Origin: Bacteroidota bacterium
GTDB taxonomy: Bacteria; Bacteroidota; Rhodothermia; Rhodothermales; Bin80
Reading direction: 5' to 3'
NCBI GenBank assembly: GCA_026709065.1
Contig: JAPOTS010000043.1
Coordinates: 379 to 64,378 of the forward strand
Length of the DNA stretch: 64,000 nucleotides
Shown: piece after piece, positions 9,277 through 19,541 of the stretch
Layout: the number at the start of each line of letters is the position of its first letter
Position numbering within the stretch: the stretch's first letter is position 1
Made by a program: the position numbers and the translations under genes
Notes under the pieces: model-generated
What the model saw: the letters and a program-made list of their open reading frames with translations, nothing else
Told to the model about the DNA's origin: nothing
The model's database searches: none

Positions 9277-11691
9277 TTGAAACGTCTCTCCGATACATTT
9301 ACCACTATAAATTTGGGTGACTTTCAAATGTGGGCAGAAAATTGGGTTAAATGCGGATTGCTACTCATTCTACTATTGCCCACTCAAATAGCCATGGTTG
9401 TTGCTCAGTCTGCTACGTTCAGTGGTTATTTAGAGGACACATCAAGCGGGGAGAGAATTATTGGCGCGAACATTTATATACCTACACTTGAACTAGGTAC
9501 AACTACAAATCAATTTGGCTTTTTTAGTCTCACGATTCGTCTAGACTCTCTAAGCCTTTTAATCTCCCATGTTGGATATGAATCTAAGTGGTATCATCTT
9601 GACCTGCGTCAAGATACAACTTTGATTTTAGATCTAAATCCCAGAGTCATTAGGATGAATGATGTGGAGGTCGTTGCTAACATAGAAAGCGATCTCGGTG
9701 ATGTGCAGATGAGTCAACATGAGTTAACCATAGAGGACATTGAAACTCTCCCAGTGATTCTTGGGGAAATTGATATCCAAAAAACACTTCAATTATTGCC
9801 AAGTGTTCAATCTGGAGTTGAAGGGAGTAGTGGTCTCTATGTGCGAGGAGGGCGGGCTGATCAGAATCTCATTCTTCTCGATGGTCTTCCTCTGTATAAT
9901 CCAAATCATTTATTTGGATTTTTCAGTGTATTCAATGCCTCAGCCATCAAGCAAGTTACATTTATCAAAGGCGGTTTCCCTGCCCGTTACGGAGGGAGGC
10001 TTTCATCGGTGCTAAATTATACAATGAAAGAAGGAAACTTGAAGGAGTTCAGTGGAGAGGGAGCGATAGGAATTATTTCCTCACGTTTGATGTTTGAAGG
10101 GCCAATTGTCAGAGACCAGTCTTCTTTTATAGTCGCAGCACGACGCACATATATTGACCAGTTGGTTCGCCCTTTTCAGCGTAATCTGACTCGTTATGGT
10201 GCTGCTTTTTACGATTTGAATTTTAAGGTAAATTACATCCCCTCTGATAAGGATCGCATTTATTTCAGCGCTTATATTGGAGGTGACAATTTCAAGTATG
10301 ACAAAAGGTACGTTCCACCTAATACAGGGGTTAATGATCAATTAAAATTTGATTTGGGTTGGGGGAATCGGTTAGCCTCTCTAAGATGGAATCGAATAGC
10401 CTCTCTAAGATGGAATCGAATGTTGGGAGATCAATTATTTATCAATACATTGATGGGCGTGATGAAATACAAATTTTCATCACGAACGGTTTCCTTTGAG
10501 GATGCTGACGATACCACGACAGAATATGAAGGTCTATGGTATTCTCAAATTATTGATTGGACTGCAAAAATTGATTTTGAGTTTATCCCCAACCCCAAGC
10601 ACTATATTCGTTTTGGAGCAGAGGGGATATTGCATCGCTTCGGTCCTGGTACAACTCAAAGAATTTTAGAAGAGACAGGTAGACCCCCCGTAAATATTCT
10701 TGAGACTCCTTCAGGGGAGATTAATTCCCGGCAGATTGCTTTGTATGTTGAAGATGTCATGCAATTACATTCTGCGATTAAATTATCAGCGGGGCTCCGT
10801 TTTTCAAGATATGTCGCTCAGGGTTCACGTTTACAGTCCCTTGAACCTCGTTTGGGAATTAATCTTAAAGTTTCTGAAACGAGCGCGATCAAGGCCTCTT
10901 ATGCAAGGTCAAAGCAGTATATCCATTTATTGACGGGTGGCGGTACAACGTTTCCAACTGATTTATGGGTTCCTGCAATGGATGGGATCCCCCCTCAGGT
11001 TGGATATCAGGTAGGGTTGGGATTTCTTAATAGTTTTCGCCAAGGGTCTTATCTGTTAACGGTTGAGAGTTATATAAAGCGAATGACTGGCCACCTTGAA
11101 TATAAGACTGGGGGCGATCACTATCGGTCTGCGTTTTTGAACTGGCCAGAGTTAATTGAAATTGGCGAAGGTGCATCTCGTGGAATAGAATTTTTTCTTC
11201 AAATGAAACGGGGATACCTCACTGGATGGGTTGGGTATACCCTGTCAAAAAGTGACAGACAATTTGAAACGCTTAATAGAGGTCATTCTTTTCCCGATGG
11301 ATATGATCGACGTCATGATATTTCAGCTACCGTTCAGTACCAACTCTCCGAGACGAGACACTTATCATTTGTATGGGTATATGGAAGTGGTTATCCTGTT
11401 TGGGTTCCTGTAGGCCGATACATCAGTGGAGTTAAAAACCTGTTGGATACTGGTCCAATTAATTCTGCCCGTGCGCCTGATTACCACCGTCTAGATATTA
11501 GTATTCATTTCAAGAGGGAAACATCTTGGGGAGAGAGGGTGCTTACTGTTGGTGTGTACAATGCTTACAATCGAAAAAATCCAATGTATATATACCCCAT
11601 AGAAGATCCATCTGCCAGATTTCTGATTTCCTATCGGCAGCTGAGTTTTTTGCAACTGATCCCTGCCATATCATGGCAATTGAAATATTAA
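9277..11691 (+). CDS. TonB-dependent receptor (carboxypeptidase-regulatory-like N-domain, plug, barrel)
   Basis: TTTNQFGFFSL, YVRGGRADQNLILLDG, KGGFPARYGGRLSSV and YNAYNRKNP motifs; probable ATG start at 9328. Confidence 0.92.
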   Translation: MKRLSDTFTTINLGDFQMWAENWVKCGLLLILLLPTQIAMVVAQSATFSGYLEDTSSGERIIGANIYIPTLELGTTTNQFGFFSLTIRLDSLSLLISHVGYESKWYHLDLRQDTTLILDLNPRVIRMNDVEVVANIESDLGDVQMSQHELTIEDIETLPVILGEIDIQKTLQLLPSVQSGVEGSSGLYVRGGRADQNLILLDGLPLYNPNHLFGFFSVFNASAIKQVTFIKGGFPARYGGRLSSVLNYTMKEGNLKEFSGEGAIGIISSRLMFEGPIVRDQSSFIVAARRTYIDQLVRPFQRNLTRYGAAFYDLNFKVNYIPSDKDRIYFSAYIGGDNFKYDKRYVPPNTGVNDQLKFDLGWGNRLASLRWNRIASLRWNRMLGDQLFINTLMGVMKYKFSSRTVSFEDADDTTTEYEGLWYSQIIDWTAKIDFEFIPNPKHYIRFGAEGILHRFGPGTTQRILEETGRPPVNILETPSGEINSRQIALYVEDVMQLHSAIKLSAGLRFSRYVAQGSRLQSLEPRLGINLKVSETSAIKASYARSKQYIHLLTGGGTTFPTDLWVPAMDGIPPQVGYQVGLGFLNSFRQGSYLLTVESYIKRMTGHLEYKTGGDHYRSAFLNWPELIEIGEGASRGIEFFLQMKRGYLTGWVGYTLSKSDRQFETLNRGHSFPDGYDRRHDISATVQYQLSETRHLSFVWVYGSGYPVWVPVGRYISGVKNLLDTGPINSARAPDYHRLDISIHFKRETSWGERVLTVGVYNAYNRKNPMYIYPIEDPSARFLISYRQLSFLQLIPAISWQLKY
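10373..10420 (+). repeat. Perfect 24-bp tandem duplication inside the TonB receptor gene
   Basis: TAGCCTCTCTAAGATGGAATCGAA x2, in frame (ASLRWNR-I-ASLRWNR). Confidence 0.95.
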
Positions 11692-11692
11692 A

Positions 11693-12709
11693 ATGCCTGT
11701 GAGGATTCGGATTTTATTAATTGCTTTATTAATTGGATGTGAGACAATTGTCGACGTAGAAATCCCAGGAGGTTACGAATCCAAGCTTATAGTCACATCG
11801 CATTTTTCCTCGGATAGCTTGTGGACTATTGAAGTGAGCAAGAGCATCCCACTCCGAGATGATGCAACTCCAAGTGATTTAAAGCTCTCAGATGCTCAAA
11901 TTATCATCAGTGGAGAGGGCTCTTTTCGTGATTCTCTGCATCAAATTGATCTTGGATTGTATCAAACGAATCTGAATCATTACCCAGTTAAAGGTGTGAC
12001 TTACAAGGTTGATGTAACTGTGGATGGGTTTCCAAGTGCAAGTGCAACTTCTCGAGTTCCCAGCTTAGCAAGCGAGCTTCTCAGCGTGGATCGCATTCAG
12101 ACAGAAGGTGCATCAGAACCAGAGCGATACACACTTCGTGTCAGATTAGTTGATCTGCCAGAAAATAATTACTACAAACTCAATGTATATCAGGCAGTCC
12201 CTATCTGTAGGGATAGCACTGGAGGACTAGCCTTTGAAGACAACCCTAACTACTCACTTGCTTACGATTTTCTCACCTTTGAGAGTAAAGCGCCATCATT
12301 TCATGAGTATATTGAGGCGGTGGATGATCCTACGATTCCTGACATAGAAGATGAATTTATAACTGCTTACTTTTCAGATGAACTCTTTGAGTCCACAACA
12401 AGAGATTTTGAGATCATATTTGAGCCAATGACTCTCAAATCAGTCAACCCTTATTTTATGCTAAAGTTGACAGCATTCAGCGATGAGTCATTTGCGTACG
12501 AAAGATCGGTTGAATTGCATGAGCTATTCCTTGAAATCCCGAACCTACTTCAAACCAGCAACCGATTAACAGTCTATACTAACATAGAGAATGGGCTGGG
12601 TATATTTGCAGGTTCTACAAGCGATAAGTACTGGTTTGATGCCAATGGCAATACATGGATGGAAGATATCCGAGGCATCGGTCAGGGAGAAATTCAACCT
12701 TGCTTATGA
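11693..12709 (+). CDS. DUF4249-family lipoprotein (TonB receptor partner)
   Basis: Lipobox LLIGC; C-terminal VYTNIENGLGIFAG; directly follows the receptor gene. Confidence 0.85.
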   Translation: MPVRIRILLIALLIGCETIVDVEIPGGYESKLIVTSHFSSDSLWTIEVSKSIPLRDDATPSDLKLSDAQIIISGEGSFRDSLHQIDLGLYQTNLNHYPVKGVTYKVDVTVDGFPSASATSRVPSLASELLSVDRIQTEGASEPERYTLRVRLVDLPENNYYKLNVYQAVPICRDSTGGLAFEDNPNYSLAYDFLTFESKAPSFHEYIEAVDDPTIPDIEDEFITAYFSDELFESTTRDFEIIFEPMTLKSVNPYFMLKLTAFSDESFAYERSVELHELFLEIPNLLQTSNRLTVYTNIENGLGIFAGSTSDKYWFDANGNTWMEDIRGIGQGEIQPCL

Positions 12710-13384
12710 GTGTAAATTTGAATATAAGGTGAGTATTTCATCAGATCTACTGAATTTTACTCGTGGAATTTCACAACGAATGGCAGATGATGTATCGCGA
12801 TTTATTCAATTTTCACAAATACCATAGCTATGCCTGCAGGAAAGGTTTCGGTGAGTATACAGTAATTCCCAATAAGATAATAGTACTCATAAAGTAGGGG
12901 TTTTGCTCTCCAATCACAAAGAAAAATCACCAGTTTAACATTCTTTTGAAACAACTCTTAGGAGTTAGTGGAATGGCTATTATTATCTTCTTTTCTCAAT
13001 CATGATGTATGAATGATTGATCTTTGTTTGCAGGCACTTCGGGATATTTGATCTCCAATTTACGATTCCCATGATCATGTTTAGTTTCTTGTGTGAATTT
13101 TAGTTCTGGCATTTATGAAAAATGTGAGTTAATGATTCGCTAAAAAAGTTGAGCCTTCACGGGTAATCCATGAATTAGTTTAAAGCATCGAAGTAAACGT
13201 TACAGGTCTTCTGTCGTTATATTTTCTTATGATGGTATTTAACATTCACATATCACCAGCATAGTTGATCTGCCTGTCTTAATGAACATAAACCATAGGG
13301 CGTGTTCTTGGTCAATTTAAAATTATAGAAGTCCAATAGATAATCCTGAGAGTCAAATTTAGCTGTTTTGATCAGAATTACTCC

Positions 13385-14776
13385 ATGAAAATACTTATTG
13401 AAAATTTAGGTGTACTGAGAAAGGCACAGTTTGAACTGAGTGATTTGACCATCATTTGTGGTCATAATAATACGGGTAAGACCTATGCTACATATGCAGT
13501 GTTTGGCTTCCTATCAAATTGGCATAGATTAATGAGAGCAGAAGTATCCGATACAGAAATTTCACAGCTTATCAGTGATGGCGTAATTCGGATTGATATC
13601 ACAAGCTATATAATGAATTCACAAAATATTCTATCTGAAGGATGCCGCAGATATTCTGAGCAATTGCATACGATTTTTGCCTCGAGTTCAAAATCCTTTA
13701 CCAATACTAATTTTCAGGTAGAATTAGAATCTGATTTGAGTTCTGCTTTCGCAGCATCATTTGAGCGAAAATTAAGATCTCAACAGAGTGAATTACTCAT
13801 GTTGAGCAAATCGGAGGGGAGTGATGTTCTTGAGGTATCTCTTTCCACAGAAGGAGAAAAAATTAAATTACCGTCTAGCATCATTGAGGATGTAATTTCT
13901 GAAGCCATTATTGAGATAATTTTTGGAAATTATTTCCCATCTCCATTTATTGCTAGTGCAGAGCGCACTGGTGTTTCAATATTTATCAAAGAATTAGACT
14001 TTGCCAGAAATCGCTTAGTTCATGAAATTGGTAGAGCCGAAAAAGAAATAGATAATCAAGATATGTTTTTGGATTCATACAGTGACTATGCTTTACCAGT
14101 AAGGGCAAATCTAGACTTTACTCGCAGATTGGGAGAGATAGCCAAAGAAGAGAGTTTCATAGCTCAAAAGCATCCTCATATTCTTGATAAATTCGCTGAT
14201 ATTATTGGTGGTGAATTTCTTTCTGGAACCAATAAATCTATTTATTTTAAGCCCAGAGATAATGGAATAACGTTAACTATGGGGGAAAGCTCTGGGGTAG
14301 TTAGGTCAATGCTTGATGTCGGGTTTTATCTCCGTCATATTGCAAAGCCAGGAGATTTGCTCATGGTTGATGAACCTGAATTGAGTCTTCATCCTGAAAA
14401 TCAATGTAAAGTGGCACGTCTGTTTGCATGGTTGGTCAATCTTGGAATTCAAGTATTTATAACCACACACAGTGACTATATCATTAGGGAATTCAACACA
14501 CTGATCATGCTTTATCAGGAGGAACCCTTTCTTAAACAAATTGCTACAAGGGAGGGCTATTCTTGTGAAGAATTAATTGATAAGAAGCTTGTCAAAGCCT
14601 ATGTTGCTGAACGAGATAAGAGGCAACCTAAACATCATACAACAAGGAATATTAATCACACACTCATAGCTGCCGACATAAGCTATGAACAAGGAATTGA
14701 TGCTCGTAGCTTTGATAAGACAATAGTCAGGATGAACGAGATTCAGGAAGCCATTCTCTGGAGAGATGGAGAATGA
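13385..14776 (+). CDS. ABC-type ATPase (AAA_15/AAA_21-like)
   Basis: Walker A GHNNTGKT, AERTG, signature-like ESSG, Walker B LLMVDEPELSLHP, H-loop ITTHS. Confidence 0.88.
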   Translation: MKILIENLGVLRKAQFELSDLTIICGHNNTGKTYATYAVFGFLSNWHRLMRAEVSDTEISQLISDGVIRIDITSYIMNSQNILSEGCRRYSEQLHTIFASSSKSFTNTNFQVELESDLSSAFAASFERKLRSQQSELLMLSKSEGSDVLEVSLSTEGEKIKLPSSIIEDVISEAIIEIIFGNYFPSPFIASAERTGVSIFIKELDFARNRLVHEIGRAEKEIDNQDMFLDSYSDYALPVRANLDFTRRLGEIAKEESFIAQKHPHILDKFADIIGGEFLSGTNKSIYFKPRDNGITLTMGESSGVVRSMLDVGFYLRHIAKPGDLLMVDEPELSLHPENQCKVARLFAWLVNLGIQVFITTHSDYIIREFNTLIMLYQEEPFLKQIATREGYSCEELIDKKLVKAYVAERDKRQPKHHTTRNINHTLIAADISYEQGIDARSFDKTIVRMNEIQEAILWRDGE

Positions 14777-15348
14777 GTTCTGATTTTTATATTCTACGTA
14801 AACTGATCAGTGATGATGGATTGATCTTTGTCAAGAAGAACGATTATGGGGAGTTTTTTCTTGAATTGAGTGAGCCGGGGATCGGAGGAACTGGATATAA
14901 AATTCAATTACTTAATCCACCTACGGATACAATCGCCATCAAATCGGATCTGTTTCCTCCTCCCCGCAGGATCTTTAAAAACACCAAGGGTGAATGTAGG
15001 AGAGCAGATTTTGTGATCCTTTCAATGGATAATAAAACCAACTCGATGGTTTATATTGAATTGAAACTCGGTAACTCAGAATCTGAGTCGAAAATCATAC
15101 AACAGCTTCAAGGATCCAAATGTTTTATGGACTACTGTCGTGCAATCGGTCAAACCTTTTGGAAGGATCCGAAATTTCTTGAGAAAAATAATTACAAAGA
15201 GCGTTTCGTTACCGTAAAAAATATTGGTGCAAATAAAAAAACCTTAAAACATAGGCGAAAACCTGTTTTGCATGACACCCCTGAAAATATGCTCAAAATA
15301 AGTACTCCACCAAGTCAACGCCTACAGTTTAAAGAGTTATTGGCCTAG
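14773..15348 (+). CDS. Hypothetical protein with PD-(D/E)XK-like nuclease motif
   Basis: RADFVIL...VYIELK...IIQQL; ATGA overlap with the ATPase gene. Confidence 0.65.
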   Translation: MSSDFYILRKLISDDGLIFVKKNDYGEFFLELSEPGIGGTGYKIQLLNPPTDTIAIKSDLFPPPRRIFKNTKGECRRADFVILSMDNKTNSMVYIELKLGNSESESKIIQQLQGSKCFMDYCRAIGQTFWKDPKFLEKNNYKERFVTVKNIGANKKTLKHRRKPVLHDTPENMLKISTPPSQRLQFKELLA

Positions 15349-15588
15349 TAAGTAATTGGTTTGAAATCATTAGCTGTGAAGCAAATTTTCAAGAGAAAGC
15401 GGTTTAATCAAGATTGAGAATCATTAGCATGCTCCATACAACTCCTTTTTGGAGATCGTATGATTGAAGAACCTTAGAAAGTAGCCTCTCATTTATGTAA
15501 CATTCTGAGGTCACAATCAAAAATCCAGACATTAATGGATATGACTCATGAATTTTAATTTGAAATATATTTTTCTATACATTTAGGA

Positions 15589-17049
15589 TTAAATCCCTTT
15601 GAAAAGCTTCTCCTTCCAAATTGCGAGACCAAAATAGCAGACCCCACTGACGACGAGTGCTCCAGTGGTATACCACTTATCTCCAAACCATAATCCTATT
15701 ATGATAAGTACTAATCCTGGGAGAGAAAGAATTAAAAAATCTCTATAGGGAGCCAGCAACTCGTTCCACGAAACATGCGCTAAACGCAAGATCACAACTA
15801 ATTGGATCGCACGGATCACGGCACCTACAATACCCCCAGCAATCAGCATCTTATCCACACTGCCTGTTAGCCCCCCTAAGGTTAACGCGACTGATAAGCA
15901 AACAAGCAGAAGTAATGCCATCAGAAAATCAAGGCGCTGGCGCTCCTTTACATCATAAACCCGCGTCAAGGGTGAGGCAATTGAGCCCAAGACGATCCAT
16001 GGAGCAATATAGGCTGCGTAAATTCCTGTCTGACGATGAGGCCCACCAAGCCATAATTCAAAAAAATCTGGACCGGCTAACATAACCGCAAGGACGGGAA
16101 AGAATCCGACCATTAACAATCGGCGATGGACAATCGAAGCAATAGGAGCAAGATTCCCCTCAATCTGAGCCTCGGCTGCACTCACAAAAAAGGGATGGGC
16201 CACAGAGCGAGCTATAAATGACATTGGAATTCCAATGGCCGCAAACGCAATTCCGTAAAACCCTAAGGATTCCTCTGCAACTGCAGTTGCAAAAAAAAAT
16301 GGAATCAATAGGACAACCAAGTGACCCATGAAGGCGCCAATCATTGATGACGGAGTTGAGAATATCGCGAACCGCCGATAACGGACCGCGGCATCCAAAA
16401 TTCGCCGCCAACTAAATGCTGCGCGAATTACTGAACCACTGCGCCTTAAAGCGATCCAAATAAATATGCAACTTGAAACGAAATTCCCGAAAATAAATCC
16501 CCCAATATGCCCAGCTTCATTAGCATTGATAGGGGGCACACCTGCACTAATTCGACCAGTGACCATGGATGCTGTAAGACTGACATGCCCTGCAGTGATA
16601 TGCCGGAATGCACGCTTTCGTACAAGCCAAAATTCAGCAATCTTTCCAGATCGCATACATAAAAGAGTCAGCGGAAGAAGAGGCAAATAAGGAGCGATAG
16701 CCGGAAAATCAAGGAACGCAGCGATCTCACGGTTCCAGATCATCAGAATACTTAACAGCGTAATACTCAATCCCATCACAACAGTAGATAACCAGATAAG
16801 TACCGCCGCATCCTTATCTTCCTTTGGAAGCATTAATGCATCCTCGTACCTTAGGGAAACAACTGATCCAACAAGACCAATCAAAGTGACAAAGTATTTA
16901 CCAATTCCTAATTCAGAGGGCAGATACAGTCGAGTGATGACACCCAAAGCCAGATATCCAATGATCATGACGAGACCCGCACCAGAGAGTAAAGTCAACG
17001 TCGGACCTCGGAGTCCTTCTGTAGAAAATAATCTGTTGATCCAACTCAT
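15589..17049 (-). CDS. Polysaccharide flippase (Wzx/MOP family)
   Basis: About 12-14 TM segments; ITRLYLPSELG and SLRYE motifs typical of polysaccharide-biosynthesis flippases. Confidence 0.85.
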   Translation of the reverse strand: MSWINRLFSTEGLRGPTLTLLSGAGLVMIIGYLALGVITRLYLPSELGIGKYFVTLIGLVGSVVSLRYEDALMLPKEDKDAAVLIWLSTVVMGLSITLLSILMIWNREIAAFLDFPAIAPYLPLLPLTLLCMRSGKIAEFWLVRKRAFRHITAGHVSLTASMVTGRISAGVPPINANEAGHIGGFIFGNFVSSCIFIWIALRRSGSVIRAAFSWRRILDAAVRYRRFAIFSTPSSMIGAFMGHLVVLLIPFFFATAVAEESLGFYGIAFAAIGIPMSFIARSVAHPFFVSAAEAQIEGNLAPIASIVHRRLLMVGFFPVLAVMLAGPDFFELWLGGPHRQTGIYAAYIAPWIVLGSIASPLTRVYDVKERQRLDFLMALLLLVCLSVALTLGGLTGSVDKMLIAGGIVGAVIRAIQLVVILRLAHVSWNELLAPYRDFLILSLPGLVLIIIGLWFGDKWYTTGALVVSGVCYFGLAIWKEKLFKGI

Positions 17050-18623
17050 GGCTTAGGATTGATCCGCAAAACTGTCCAGGGGCTTACACGATAGATGGTT
17101 TCAAAGTCATCAACAGGCGAAGAATCATGTCTTACAATGTATTCAAATCCATACTTGCTTGAGAGGGTTTGTATCTGTTGGCTTGTAAGAGAAAAATAGG
17201 CACTATCTAAATTGGAGATTATAGGACCTCCACCGCGGTATGGGGGATCAATCGGGGCCATATCTAATAACCTTGTATACCACTGGGTCATATACGGTTC
17301 ATGGAATGGAACGGCCTTAAAATTCACCACAATTGCTCGCTGTGCCTGAGATCTGAAATGGCCCCACCCAGGAGGAATTGCAAAAATAGAATGAATTGAA
17401 GTAGAATCGCGAGCCCATTCAGCAATCTTTTCCTTAGGTACCGAAGTCTCAGAAGGGCGAATGCCTAAGGCATCAGGTGAAAGTAATGCGAGAGTCCCTA
17501 CAATTACGAGTGTAAACCCTAATACATAATTGCTATGTGCAATAAAGGCATTAACTAGGCGGCGATGAAATTGAAGAATCAACTTCGCTATAGCATTAGA
17601 CACACAGATCACACAAAAGACCTTGACTAATACGGTGAGTTTGAAGAGTTGCAACTTAGTGATAAAATCACTCTCCCAAACCTCTGCACCTAAGAATGCT
17701 AACACACAAAATATCGTAATAATCATCAGTGCGCGCAGAACTAACTTACGATGAGCATTATCAAGAAGTCGAATAGTCGCAAGTCCAAATCCAACTAGAC
17801 ATGCAAACCTAATGACTGACTGCAAATCAAAAGAAGTCGGAATATAGTGGTGAGGAGCCCTGAATTCAAATAATATATAAAAATATGACAAAAGGCTTTC
17901 TTGACTCGGTTGCATCAATTGATACCAGATCAGTGGGCCTAAAGCAGGCAGAGCAAATATCACAAACAAACCTAAAAATGTGTAAAGCCGCTTGGAAAAC
18001 AATCCGTCCTTCCACACGAGCACCAACATGCAGATCATTAGCACCTGAAGCCCCACAAGTGCTTGTATCCAAACACTTATCCCCAAGAACAATGCAGATC
18101 GTACGACTTGACCACGCACAAAGAAAACCAACCCCCATAAACTCAGTGACCATGCAGGAATACTTGGTGTTAGAATCCATGTCACAAGATCATTGCTCCC
18201 CAAGGTAAATTTGGGAGTCAACAACAACGCAATAATCACACAAAGTGTGGCGGCTAAACGTTCACGAGTGAGTTGCAACCCTAACGAATACAAGGCTTGA
18301 GCAGTTGCAACCCAACTTGCGACATAAATACAATAAATAGTAACGTAGGAACCAAGTAATTTAGCAGGGAGCCATGTAATGTGCACGAAGAGCGTTCTAG
18401 GTCCAAACGTTTCCAATTGGGCATTCACAAACCAATCAAATTGAAAAAGGCTAGCATCCAAAAGGTGGAAAAGGTAGGGTAATACTTCGTCTTGATCACT
18501 GATTGCATAATCATAGCCGCGCCAGAAGAGATAGATGGAAAGCGTGAGTAAAGGTAAGTATACTGGTGGACCAATGCTCGATGACATGAGCTGTCTAAAC
18601 CGCCAACCAGAATGCAACTGCAT
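17046..18623 (-). CDS. Polytopic membrane protein, DUF6798-like (possible GT-C-type transferase)
   Basis: DQDE loop, DWFV, FRAPHHY and AIVVNFKAVP...WYTRL motifs; many TM segments. Confidence 0.65.
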   Translation of the reverse strand: MQLHSGWRFRQLMSSSIGPPVYLPLLTLSIYLFWRGYDYAISDQDEVLPYLFHLLDASLFQFDWFVNAQLETFGPRTLFVHITWLPAKLLGSYVTIYCIYVASWVATAQALYSLGLQLTRERLAATLCVIIALLLTPKFTLGSNDLVTWILTPSIPAWSLSLWGLVFFVRGQVVRSALFLGISVWIQALVGLQVLMICMLVLVWKDGLFSKRLYTFLGLFVIFALPALGPLIWYQLMQPSQESLLSYFYILFEFRAPHHYIPTSFDLQSVIRFACLVGFGLATIRLLDNAHRKLVLRALMIITIFCVLAFLGAEVWESDFITKLQLFKLTVLVKVFCVICVSNAIAKLILQFHRRLVNAFIAHSNYVLGFTLVIVGTLALLSPDALGIRPSETSVPKEKIAEWARDSTSIHSIFAIPPGWGHFRSQAQRAIVVNFKAVPFHEPYMTQWYTRLLDMAPIDPPYRGGGPIISNLDSAYFSLTSQQIQTLSSKYGFEYIVRHDSSPVDDFETIYRVSPWTVLRINPKP

Positions 18624-18625
18624 AA

Positions 18626-19534
18626 TTAACGCCCAATGTTAAATCGCGAACGCCTCTGCAGATGATAGTATTGAGTCAGCACCGGATTAAAAGAACGCTT
18701 AAATTCCGCAATTGAAGGCGTGTTAGCCCCAACGAAATCAAACACCGATAACTTAGAGGATGCTAATCTCTGTAGCATCTCGCCAATCAAAACTGTCATC
18801 GCATCTCCTGGAATGCTTCCTGCGACCCAGTAATGTGCGGTATGATCGTCATGGAGAATGATCACACCCGCTTCAACAACGCCGTCCCGCTTGGCAACAA
18901 AAACACGCGCTGATTCTCCCATATACATACATATGGACTCTAAGGCCTTTGGTGCTGCGGGAAGAGAGCGTCCATGTCGCTCATAACTCATCCTACAGAG
19001 GTCAATGACCTCTGAGGCATAACTAGGGCTTTCGTTTATGTCGTACTTGTCTCGATTGGATCGCCAAGTTCTTCGGGCAGTAGATGACCAATTTTCAATT
19101 TTACTGGGCAGATGTATGAGATACGTAAATAGGGGCCTCACATTCCAATTACGCCATTGAGCAGTACGCGGATCATCTATTGTAAATAGCAAATCTGCTC
19201 TGTTACTGGTCCGTTCAACACATTCTAGTAGTTGATCTATAGGGCTTTTTTGCCTATGGATTAGATGGGTTTGTGGTTGGTGGAGTAGAAGAAGTGCAGA
19301 ATACTGTGTACAAGGGGGCACGACAATGCGCTGTAACAATCCTGCAGCTTTTACATGAGCAAGGAGGGCTGCCTGATCATTGGCAAACCAAAATTTCGGT
19401 TTCAAGCCAAAGGCAGAAGCCGTCGCCTTTGCATAGCTCAAAGATGCAAAAATCCCTCCCGTTTGCTCCCAAAGTGACTGATAACGCGCACACGCTCCAG
19501 TGTCTTCCAAATTGTATGCGAAGGTGATCGCCAA
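18626..19534 (-). CDS. GNAT/FemAB-like acyltransferase
   Basis: FDFVGANTPSIAEFKRSF C-terminal motif, YTY-like motif (FTYLIHL). Confidence 0.8.
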   Translation of the reverse strand: MAITFAYNLEDTGACARYQSLWEQTGGIFASLSYAKATASAFGLKPKFWFANDQAALLAHVKAAGLLQRIVVPPCTQYSALLLLHQPQTHLIHRQKSPIDQLLECVERTSNRADLLFTIDDPRTAQWRNWNVRPLFTYLIHLPSKIENWSSTARRTWRSNRDKYDINESPSYASEVIDLCRMSYERHGRSLPAAPKALESICMYMGESARVFVAKRDGVVEAGVIILHDDHTAHYWVAGSIPGDAMTVLIGEMLQRLASSKLSVFDFVGANTPSIAEFKRSFNPVLTQYYHLQRRSRFNIGR

Positions 19535-19541
19535 AGCACGG

